Assembly (NCBI GenBank): GCA_013265495.1
Contig: MU058289.1
Location: 186,001 to 250,000 of the forward strand
DNA: 64,000 bases
Source of the DNA: Vicugna vicugna
Lineage: Eukaryota
Direction: 5' to 3'
Both the position numbers and the translations under genes were made by a program. Under the pieces are notes generated by a model, which did not search any database, was not told where the DNA came from, and saw nothing but the letters and a program-made list of their open reading frames with translations. Position 1 is the first letter of the stretch. Every line of letters begins with the position of its first letter. This document shows positions 54,115 through 64,000 of the stretch, piece after piece.

Positions 54115-55718
54115 CACTCTTTGGGGGAGGGATTGGAAATATATATCCTCCCTAATTCCTAGGGAGAGGAGTTATTTTTCATAATTGTTGGTGCATGAAG
54201 TTAGCCATCTACAAAGTAAACTTGAAAGAAATTTTTTGTTCTATAGGATTTTGTATATTTTCCATCAAGATGAAATATAGAGTTTTGGTGTGGATTAGAA
54301 TGGGAGCTTAAGTATCAGCTCCTCAGGGTAGGGATGTGGTCTATGTTGTTCATTGCATTTCCAGTGCCTAGAACAGGCCTGGCCTGAGGGAACTATTTTT
54401 AAAACTTATTGAAAAATAATGGCAAATATTTACTGCATGCCAGACGCTGTTCTATTAACTCATCTTTTAATAGGCCACGAAAACCTTATGATGTTGTTGG
54501 TATTATTACTCACACTTCACAGAGGAGAAACTAGAGGGTTTGAGAAGTGAAGTGACCTGCCCAGAAGCACACAGCTTGTTGCAAGATTTTAATTCAAGCC
54601 TCTTGGCTCCGGAGTCCAGCTCTGAGCCATTATGAATAAATGACTTGAAGTATGTATCTTCGTTTCTAAAATACCCTAGCCTCTCTGAGTATTCCCTCAC
54701 GCTTCTCTCATCTCCCTGGTCTCCTGCTGTTTTTTCGGAACTGGAAGATATTGGATGGGAGCCCCCTGATTGCAGGGTTTCGGGGAAATCCAGAGTGCCT
54801 TGGCACAATTCAGGACCATGGTCAGCGCCCAGTTACCATTTACACTGAGTCTGCGCGGAGCGCAGCGCTCACTGTGGCGATACGCCTCTTTGGAGCAGCC
54901 TGAGAGAATGGGGATCGCGGCTGCCACACTCTCCGTGTGTAGATTTGGGAAGTGATTTTGCCACTTCAACCTTCAACTGCTCCCTCTATAAAATGCGGAT
55001 TTTATAAAAATCTGCCTCCACGGTGGCTACGAGGAATACATTACATAATGTACATGCATTATATATATATAATTATGTAAGCACTTAACTCATAAATCTT
55101 GACTATAAGTGTTTGTGAGGCAGTACAAAAAGCAAACAAAACAAGAAGACGGTTAAACAACTTGTGCACTGGAAGTAAGTGTACCAGGGTTCAAATCCTG
55201 ACTCTGCTCCTTTCTAGCTTGGCAAAAGATTTGAGTTCCAGCCCTTCCCCTTCCTTTCTCCAGGAGAAAAAAAGGAGGGGAATTATTATATTATTATAGA
55301 GTCTACCCTAAAGGCTAGGAGGAAGGTTAAGCATTCAATGTTAACTTTGTTATTTTATCCCTCTCTCCCCATCGTTCACATTTTACACTGTAATAAAGAA
55401 AAAGAGCATGTGACCATCAGCAATAACTTTCCCTTGAGCCCAGTGCCTGGTATAAAAATAATGTGGCACACATTTAATAAATCATAGTTATTATTATTCA
55501 TTCCATAAATACTTACGGAGTGCTGGGCACTATCATAGGTGCTAGTGATTCAATGGTGAACAAAACACTTTTGCAAAAATCTGACCACTTGAAGCTATTT
55601 GGGGTGACAGAAATATTCTATAACTTGATCTAGGTGATGGTTACACGGGTGTGTATCTATATGGGAATATTAATCAGGCAGGTTACTTTAAGATTGTGCT
55701 TAAATTAAGCCTTACTTT

Positions 55719-55878
55719 TTGTTGTTGATTTTTGTTTGTTTTTGTGGGGGAGGGAGGTAATTAGGTGTATGTATGTATATATGTATGTATGTATGTATTT
55801 AATGGAGGTACTGGGAATGAACCCAGGACCTCATGAATGCTAGGTACACACTCTACTACTGAGCTATACCCTCCCCCC
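55719..55878 (-). mobile_element. tRNA-derived SINE (camelid Vic-1-like)
   Basis: Same head on the minus strand, (ATAC)n middle and A-rich tail; TSD TTAAG(C/G)CTTACTTT at 55705-55718 and 55880-55893. Confidence 0.85.
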
Positions 55879-56404
55879 TTTAAGGCTTACTTTAAAAAAA
55901 TTGTTCTCAAGGAACTAATGTGTAGCAGAGAGAGAAAATAAGTTAAGAATAAAGAAAGTGATATGCTTTATGGAAAAAAAAAGCAGGGAGGGGCAAAAGA
56001 TTGTAGGGCTTGGAGAGTTGCTATTTTAAACTGGGTGGCCAGGTTGGCCTCAGTAAGAAGATTCAATTGAGTAAACAATTGAAGGAGGTGAGGGAGTGAC
56101 ACAAAAGTATATTATGGGGACAGCCAGTGCAAAGGCCCTGGAGCAGGGAGAAAAGAGTAAGGTGGCCAGTGTGGCTGCAGTCAGGGACGATAAGAGAGGA
56201 CATGAGATCAGAAAGGTAATGGGAGCAGGTCGTATGGGGCCTTACAAAACACTGTAAGGACTTTTGTTTTTTACTGGGAGTGAGGTGGAATGATTGCATG
56301 GGGGGGACGTGACTTGGCATTTTAAAACTGTCTCTTTGGCTGCTAGTTGAGCAATCCAATGTAGTGCTATGATTTTCGAGCCTCATCCCCTGAAATCCCA
56401 TTAC

Positions 56405-57715
56405 CTGTCCACCGCCTCTCTTGGGCCCCAGAGCTGGTCACCCGCTGCCGGGAACCCCGCGGCTTGGGTGCGGAAGCCAGAGCCGTGGGCGGTGCTGGAG
56501 CTGAACTACGCCCGCCGCGTCTCCTGGCTGTGCACGGCATCGCGCCCGCGCCTGGGCCCATAGGCCAACTCGGTAACTCGGTCGAGGCGAAGCTCTGAGC
56601 CAAGACTTGCTTTGGCCAGAATACTGCCCGGGATGAGGCTCAGGACCAGCAGGAATGAGACTCCAGTGCGAGCTGGGCAGCGGCTGCTGACTGAAGAAGC
56701 CTGGCAGCGCCTCGAGCGCGAAGCTCAGTCTGAATGCGCCCACTGGGAGCATGAGCGCAAAAAAAGGATTGTAGGTGACGCCCCGCAGGCGGTGGCTGCA
56801 GCCAGGAAAGTACCTGCTGGCGGGCGGGGAAGCTCAGCACTAGCGGGCGCACCGGATCCACGTCCAAGCGCAGCAAGGCGCCAGGGCTCAGAGCCTGCGC
56901 TCTTTTCGGGGCTGCCCCCCGCGGCCAACAAACGCAGGCCACCGGGACCGAGAACCGCCAAGTACACAAGGTCTCCGGGCCCGGGATCCAGGAGGCGCGA
57001 ATGGAAGCACGGCGTAGACATGGCCCCAGCGACTCTGGGGCAGCAGCTGTTCGCACACGTGGCCACAGGCTTTGTCTCCGCTTGCCGGCAACTGTGATCA
57101 GCTAGGAGCGCGACGGGATGAGTGGCCATGACGTGGGTGCCCCACACGTCTCCTGAGTTCTAACCCCCTCTGTGCCTGGAAGGGCTCAAGGTGTACGAGG
57201 AGGGGCCGGCGGGCAGCGTGCTCGGGGCCGTCCAGTGGGACCGGCACCGGAGATCTGAGACGCAGGCACATGGGCCCAGCGCCGGGCACCACGGCAAACT
57301 CCTTGTGCCCGTCGTGGGGCTGCAGAGACGGCGTCACAACCACGTATAGAGGACCCAGCGGGCGGTGCGGAAGAGCCAGGGAGAATCTCAAGAGGCTCGC
57401 TCACCACCACAGTCACTCCCACCGGCCGCCACGCGCTGCCCGCCGCCCGCCCCGAGCCCCGCAGTTCCACAGCGCGGGGCAGGCTCACGGACGCACTGGC
57501 GCTTGGCCGCAGGCTCAGCGCGCGCCGGAAGGGCGGCGCCCCCACCGGGGGGCGCTCTCACTAGCACTGCCCTCGCTGGGCGGAGTGGGGGCCCTTGGGC
57601 GGTGGCGACACGTACGGCCGGAAGTGGGGCTTCTCAGTGCTGGACTTCTCTAAGAAAGCCGTGATGAAGTAATGGCCCTGGAAACTCATAAACGCAGCCA
57701 CTGGGCTTGAGGGAT
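56405..57715 (-). pseudogene. FCGBP-like IgGFc-binding N-terminal domain exon (frameshifted)
   Basis: Strong acceptor at 57716-57717 (phase 1) and donor GTAATG after 56405. Pieces in shifting frames: GHYFITAFLEK, LGPLYVVVTP...HKEFAVVPG, ATHPVALLADHSC, CGHVCEQLLPQSRWG, VTYNPFFALMLPV. These correspond to recalled FCGBP EFLTAFLQN, LGTEYFVLTP...VKEFAVVAG, ASSPVAVLSGHSC, CNHVVEQLLPTSAWG, VTYDPYLVLIPDV. Confidence 0.9.
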
Positions 57716-58223
57716 CTGGGAAGAGGGAGGAAAGAGTCAGCATAATCCTGTGGATTTTGAGGCCAAATAAATCAGGTTTTAATTCTGACTGCCACTCCCC
57801 GGCCATTTGAACATGCGCAAGGTATTTAACTTATTTGGGCCTCAGTTGCCTCATTTGTAAGAGGAGTTCTTAGCGCACATTCCACAGGGCTAATGGGAAG
57901 ATTAGATGAGATAATATACGTAAAGGCTATGGAACAGTGTCTGGTATATAAATATCAGCTTAAAATACAGTCGTTCCATTGGGCTACCGTCCCAGAAAGG
58001 TGTGACTGGCCCCCTTCCTACAAGTAGTTTGGCCAATCCCTCTCCACAGAGTCTGCCCAAATAGTCCCTTGTCCCAGCTGGCCAGGGCCCTGTCCCTAGA
58101 AGCTCCACTGTGGCCAATTCCAGAATTTGCCAGGCAGCCCCCCAACCCTAGCCAGCACAACCAGTCCCTGCTGCAGACCCAGACCAGATCACCAGCCTAC
58201 TGGGTCTCCCATGGATCCCTCAC

Positions 58224-58278
58224 CCCGTAGGAAACTCAGGGCCCCCAGGCACAGCAGGGCCAGTGTGACGGCAGCCAT
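58224..58278 (-). pseudogene. FCGBP-like signal-peptide exon
   Basis: GCCATGG Kozak; MAAVTLALLCLGALSFLR+G then GTGAGG donor. 55 coding nt, phase 1, which as I recall matches the first coding exon of FCGBP. Confidence 0.8.
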
Positions 58279-58440
58279 GGCTGGAGAGAGAAGGGATGGA
58301 TCCAGGCTAGTCAGTGCAGTCTCTCCCCCAAGTCTGCCCTCCAGCCCTCCTACTGCAGGAGCAGAAGGGGACACAAAAGGAATTCCAGAGAAAGGCTTGG
58401 GCCTCAGAGCCAGGGGAAAAGGCAAGGTTGGGGGTCTCAC

Positions 58441-58487
58441 TTGCCAGGAGCTAGACTAAGGCCAGGCATATTGTGGGGGCATTTATA
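58441..58487 (-). promoter_or_regulatory. TATA box and short putative non-coding first exon of the FCGBP-like gene
   Basis: TATAAA on - at 58482-58487. Donor CAA|GTGAGA after 58441. Pyrimidine-rich acceptor (ttctctctccag) just before the ATG exon, at 58281-58282. Confidence 0.55.
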
Positions 58488-58952
58488 GTCCCAGATGCCT
58501 GGGCCTGGCCCTCAGCACTCTTGCAGGGTCAGCACACAGATGCCCCCATTAGCATTGGCTCCAGCCTGACCTGGTGCCATTGATCATAATGTTGGCGGAG
58601 TCAGGGAGAATGGGCAGTGGAGAGACAGGGAGGGGAGGGGAGAGACAGAGTGAGCAGAGACACTGAAAGAAGGAGAGGGGAAAAAAATGCAAGAAAATTA
58701 CTGTGAGATGGAGAGATGGGTGTGGGGCGAGGGACAGACAGGGTGAGGAAGGTAGAGAGAGTTCAGAGTGGTGGACAGACATAAGGACCAAAAGAGAGAC
58801 AAGAAAGATATTTCTTCAAGGAGGGCCTTCGAGTGTGGAGGAAGTGGTTGTGTCTGAAAGGAGTGACTGCTCCAAGTTTGAGACAGAAAATTACACATTA
58901 GGGGATTGAAGTGGGCCAGGCAACAATACCATGGTTCCTCAGAAAAGAAAGG

Positions 58953-59160
58953 CTCCTGAGCCTGCTGAGGAAGGAGAGGTTTCAGGCTTGAGCTTTGGGG
59001 ATCTTGGGGAAGAGGGTGCCAGGAGCCCACACTCCTGGATTCTGTGCAAGGAGGGACTGGAGACTGGATTTCTGTGTCTGAGGGAGGAGGACTGGGGACC
59101 TAAACTCCTGAGCCTGGGGAAGGAGGGGGCTGCGGCCTGGACCCTAGGCCCTGGACGTGA
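58953..59160. repeat. Degenerate ~37-bp minisatellite (MSR1-like)
   Basis: Units resemble CTCCTGGGTCTGAGGGAGGAGGGGCTGGGGGCCTGGA, e.g. ttctgtgtctgagggaggaggactggggacc and ctcctgagcctggggaaggagggggctgcggcctgga. Confidence 0.55.
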
Positions 59161-62100
59161 CTGGAGACAGGCAGGAGAGGACACCATGGGCCTGGTACGT
59201 GGAGGGCTGGAGGATTTGGGGGTGGAGCTCCCCAAGGGAAGACAATGGCTTCCAGTCACTCCCATCCTTCCAGAATGGTCCTGAGCTGAAGAACAATGAA
59301 GTCACACCCTCCACCCTCCGTGGAGGATCTGGGAGGAAGGACAAGCTGGGGCTCTAGACAGGGACCCTGGATACAGTTTCCAGCCCCTCCCTCCCCCAGG
59401 TCCCTGGAGCCTGTGCCCTTGGCCCTTTCCCCCCAGAATCCTTGCCTTTGGTGGGAGAAGTAGGGGGAATATTCAAGAAGGAACCGAGTTTCTTTCAGTA
59501 GCTTCATTTCTTACCTGCTTAAGGTCCTGCCAGACTCTTCATCACAAGGTGAGGTGAGGGAAGGCTCTGCCGAGGGCACAGGGAACAAGGTGAGGGACGG
59601 TGTGGGAGTGTAAAGGTGTGGGCCTTTCAGGGAGCAGTGATTTCCTTCCAGCCTGAGGTGGGGAACGTATGTGCTAGAGATGCAACCAGGCGAGGGGGAG
59701 GGCAAGGCCTGTCCGGCCCTGCTGAAGAGCCAGGACCCTGTCCCATGAAACTTGGAGAGCCATGGAGGATTCTACGCAGAGGAGGGTCAGGTTTGGCTTT
59801 AGGAAGCGTCCCTGGACCAGAGGGTGAGACTTTTGGACAGAAACCCAAGGAAAGGAGATGCAGAGACCCAGGCGGTTGACCAGAGCTAGAACGGGAAGGG
59901 GCCAGAGAAAGGAGGAAGAGAAGGTGGGTGGGATGCTCAGGAGGCCGAGTGAGGGTTGCCCTGAGACAGGACCAGTGTGGGACCCAGTGTGTGTGAGAGG
60001 CCTGAAGGATGTCCAGGAAGCCAAGGTCAGCCAGGCCTGGGGTTTCGGAGTGGGGCCAGGGTGGGGGACAGAGATGTGGAGGTCATCAGCAGAAAAAGAA
60101 AACAGAGGCGTCGGGGTGTGCTGGCGGGTGATGGCCCAGAAGGAGGTGAGTGGAGAAGCAGGAAGAGGGTGAGTTCCCAGCTCTGGGGACCACAGCATTC
60201 AGGGTCGTGGATGAAGAGGAAGTTCCTGAAGAACTGATGTTTCATCCACAGGACCAGGCAGAGTGAAGTGTATCCCAGGGGTTCCACAAAGGTGAAGCCA
60301 GAATATACCCAGAATAAAGTCCTTTGAAGTCTCACATTTTATACTCTAAATTCTTGCCAATTTTGCATTCATGTCCATCGGTCTATCCATGTGAGTTCTC
60401 ATATGAAAAGGTTTCTAGTATTGCCAGTGACACCCTTTCATCCACCTTTGTGTATTCATCCCTCCCCCTCCGCAACCAGTGAAAATCTTCAAGTGAAAAT
60501 GAAGCTCTGGGTTCAGCCTGTGGCTTAAGGATCTCCCTGCCCAGTCTCCTGTTGCACTGAGGTGTCTGTCGCCCAAGCATTTCAGGCTCCTCACAAGCCT
60601 GCCCAGTGGCCAGACATTCCCAACCCCTCGACAGGCAACTAAGCCTCCCACCCCTGACCTTGTTCTTTGCCATGTGCCCCTAGCCATCCTCCCCACCGTA
60701 GCCTGATAATCTTTCTAAAGTCCATACCCAACCCTGTCCCTCTCTTGGCTTCCCAGTGCCCCTGGCGTGGAGTCACAGTTTCTCAGTCTGGCATCAGGTG
60801 CCTGCCCATCTCATGAGCTCACCTGTCACCATCCCGTTTCTCCCACTCTGTCCTCCAGCTACACAGAACTTTGACCAGCTCTCCAAGCACACAATCCTCT
60901 CTTACCTTTTGCATACAATGGCCTCTCTCCTTGGAAGACCCTCTCTTTTTCCAGGTTCTCTGTATAACCTTCAAGTGTGCAGGGCTCAATGCTAAATGGA
61001 AATGTGGAGTCCCTTGTTCAAAAATCATTAAGAATTTCACAGTGGTGACGGCGGGGCATCAACCAAGCACAGAGTCCTTTTAAACATAGGGTGCTGTGCG
61101 ACCATACAGGTCACACTGCCATGAAGCCGGCCCTGCCTTCAGGAACCCTTGGACTCTCCCCACCTCCCTCCCACGCACAGTCAGGAGCTCCTGGATTCCC
61201 AGAGCCTTTGGCTTAAACAAGTCCCAATCATTCTTGCCTGTGCTTCCCCCACCCCAGACCTGACCATCCTGGGCTGCCACTGTTTGGTGACTGTTTATTT
61301 CCTCCACTGGACTGGAACTCTGAGAGGGCAGAGTCTGGGGCTGCACTGGTCAGCACTGTGTTCCCAGCATCACTCTGCACAGGTCAGGGCAGCACTGAAC
61401 ACTGACACCTCTCCCTGCTTTTGTGAAGCAGGAAAGGACACAGGCACCAGGGAGGAACCAAAGATAAGAGCCACGCCCAAGTTCAACCTAGAGAAAAGTA
61501 TCCCCATCCTGAGGACACTTTATCTGATTCTCTCACATGTATGTCCAGGTAAAGAGCTGTGAAGGCTTGGTATTAGCTGAGGCCTTACGAGAGTCTGCAG
61601 GTATGTCATCACTCAGGGCCTGTGATGGATGACCCACACCCAGACACATGGGTTGGATCTGGCAGGAAGTAGACAGGGGAGAGCCCTGGTATCAGGACTA
61701 CAGTGTCTTCAAGAAAATGCTCCAGTAGCCTGGAGCTTTTGGCCTCTGGAAAGCTGGTCTCAAAAATGTGCAGAGAATTCTCAAGGCCAGGTAGAGCATG
61801 GACAGTGGAAAGATTAGCACTCCCTGAGCTTAAGAAACTGGTAGACTCACTGGGCAATGTCAGATAAGCTGCATTTTAACTTTAAATTCTAGATACATGT
61901 GATCATTTGTCCACAGTCATTGTTTCTGCATGGTGATGGGGGATGGTCCAGGCATCCTGTGGGGGAGGCAGAGGGGGACCACGCTAGAGGGACCAGCCTG
62001 CCCCTGAGTACCTCCTCCCACCTCCCTACTTCCGAATGTGTAATAAGCTACCACTGAGTGTGTGTCCCCCTTCTGGTCCTGCATTTCCTGTGTCCACATT

Positions 62101-64000
62101 CCCTGCAACCAGTCGTGGCCTCTGTCTTGCAGTCTCAGTCCAAGCCCTTGAACCTGGAAAAGGTCCTTAATTCCTGTACTACAGAGAAGTCAGTTCCCCC
62201 ATCAAAGGGATGGATCCTTGGATATCAGAGACCAAGGCCCCACAACTCTTCTTCCCCAGTCTCTCTGCAGTCTTGCCTGAGATCCATGTAGTTGGTCAGT
62301 GGTCCACATCGTCCCTTTCTGTGTAGGAGATGGAGGCCTCTGGTGAGGTGGTTTCAAATCTCTCAATCCAGCCACTTCAGGTCCCAACCTCGTCTGGTCA
62401 CTTTTCTGCCTGGACCATCACCTGGCCTCCTCCCTCAACTCCCTGCTTCCCCTTTGTCCCACATGTGCAAACAGAACTGCCCCTGGAGCTTCCTCGAGAT
62501 CAGGGAGCACTACTCTCCTCACTGCTCAAAACCCTCCAAAGGTTTCTCATGCCACTGAGAATAAAACCCACGCTCCTCCCAGTGGCCTAAGGGTCCTGCA
62601 TCATCCGCCCCTTTCCCATTCTCCAGCCTCAACATGGCGTCACACCCCTTCCCTCACCCCATTCCAGCCTCCTGGCCTCCAGCGATGCTGTTGCAATTGC
62701 CTGTAGTGCCCTTTCCACCCCTTGCATAGTAAACTTCAACCTGAGCATCCTTCAGGTCTCAGCAGAGGCGTTACTTCCTCCAGGAAGCCTCCCTCAATCT
62801 CTCTTCCTGGATCCAACCCCCTGGTGATAGGGTCTCTCAGTTCCAAGGCGCTCTCCCCCATGGCCCATCTTGTCACCACAGATGCTTTACACTTGCTTGA
62901 TTATTTAACGCTGTTTCCCCCACCAAATGGTGAGATATGTGAGGGCAGGACAGGCCTGTATTTGTTCAGTATTGAATCCCCGGCCCGTCGCACACAGTGG
63001 GCACGCAACAAATTGTTCCAATTGAAAAAGGAGGGTTGAGGAATGGCGCACTCTAGCTCCCCCTCATGGCAGCAACTGGTATTTTGTACCTGGCATTAGG
63101 TAGCCATCCAATCCTCCCACTCCCTAGGCACCTCACTCTCTCTGGTGGCTTCACCTGACCTCAGCCACCGAGGGTGACAAACAAGAAGAACCTCAGGATG
63201 CTGCTGGAGTACTCGGGGGTCAGATCAGGTCCCTGGGACTCAGATGGTTCCCTTGTCCAATGGGGGATCATTTCTAACCCTATACCCAACAAAAAAGTGT
63301 GGCAGAATCTAGGATGTTATCTCACAGGGACAAGTCATGTGTGCACCGAAAATGATCACGCAAATGGTCAGTCCAATCTTGGGCCCTCTTCCCCATGCCC
63401 CTCACACATCACTACAGACAAGAATGACAGGACCCACGTTCCCTCTGCATCTCTGCCTCTGGATCATCAGAGGTGGCCTGAGGTCAGGGGGCGCTATTCC
63501 TCTGACTGCTGATCCCATTCCTGGATCTCCACTGAGGCTCGACATTCCCAAGGCCCAGGGTTTGGTTCCCCAAACCTCTGAGCCTGGTGTTGTGAGGGCG
63601 GCCTAGGGCAGTCCTAGGCGGAGTGAGGACCAGCCCTGGAGAGACAGCATGTGGAAAGGCCCGGATCCACCTGAACTAGGCTCTAGGCCCCCAGAATTGC
63701 AGGGTCTACATGCCCTGTCTACACTTTCTCACCTCCTACTCTCAAATCTGCTGAATCTGGCACCTGCCCACCCGATCCCCTAGCACTGCTCTCACGGAGG
63801 TCACCACAGCCTTGATGTCGTTAAACAAACACAGAAGCCACTTGGGTCTGACTTGCCTGGTTTGCTTTACTCTGTCCCTCCACTTAATGCCCCTGTTTAG
63901 TCTTTGTCTTTTTTAGTTTAGGCTTTTCTTTGCCTGTCCCTTACATATGAGAAGTCTGGTGGCCTCAGTTCCCCATCACAGCTGACAGAGCCCTCATTTC

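Larger units (their letters stand above)
40515..58487 (-). pseudogene. FCGBP (IgGFc-binding protein)-like multi-exon pseudogene: signal peptide, IgGFc-binding domain, S/T/K/P linker, repeated VWD-C8-TIL, terminal VWD
   Basis: Colinear minus-strand exon relics in FCGBP domain order from TATA (58482-58487) to AATAAA (40515-40520). Carries many frameshifts, in-frame stops, one GT>TT donor and an LTR insertion. Exons are listed separately below. Confidence 0.88.

Noticed and set aside
56612..57097. + strand 161-aa ORF with a coiled-coil-looking segment (EEAWQRLEREAQ)
   Set aside because: Antisense shadow of the minus-strand IgGFc-binding pseudo-exon; non-ATG start.
59300..64000. Possible further gene (e.g. 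the 3' end of LRFN3)
   Set aside because: No recognisable coding exon; mostly L2/MER-type fragments and unique non-coding sequence.

Overview
Mammalian genomic DNA, probably camelid (two tRNA-derived SINEs resemble the camel/alpaca Vic-1 family), syntenic with human 19q13.12. I spliced five known genes by hand: THAP8 (exons 2-4; exon 1 is outside the window), CLIP3 (546 aa), ALKBH6 (238 aa) and SYNE4/nesprin-4 (393 aa) on +, and single-exon SDHAF1 (118 aa) on -. The main unexpected element is an ~18 kb minus-strand gene relic at ~40500-58490, immediately 5' of SDHAF1. It resembles an FCGBP (IgGFc-binding protein) paralog. It keeps a TATA box, an intact signal-peptide exon, an IgGFc-binding N-terminal domain exon, a Ser/Thr/Lys/Pro-rich linker, at least five VWD(-C8-TIL) units, an FCGBP-type terminal VWD and a polyA signal. 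It is disabled by frameshifts, stops, a dead splice donor and a solo LTR inserted in a coding exon. Other observations: two inverted SINEs identical over 61 nt, CTCF- and REST-like motifs inside the relic, a predicted uORF overlapping the ALKBH6 start, and a nested VNTR/microsatellite in SYNE4 intron 3. Homology calls come from recalled protein and repeat sequences, not database searches.
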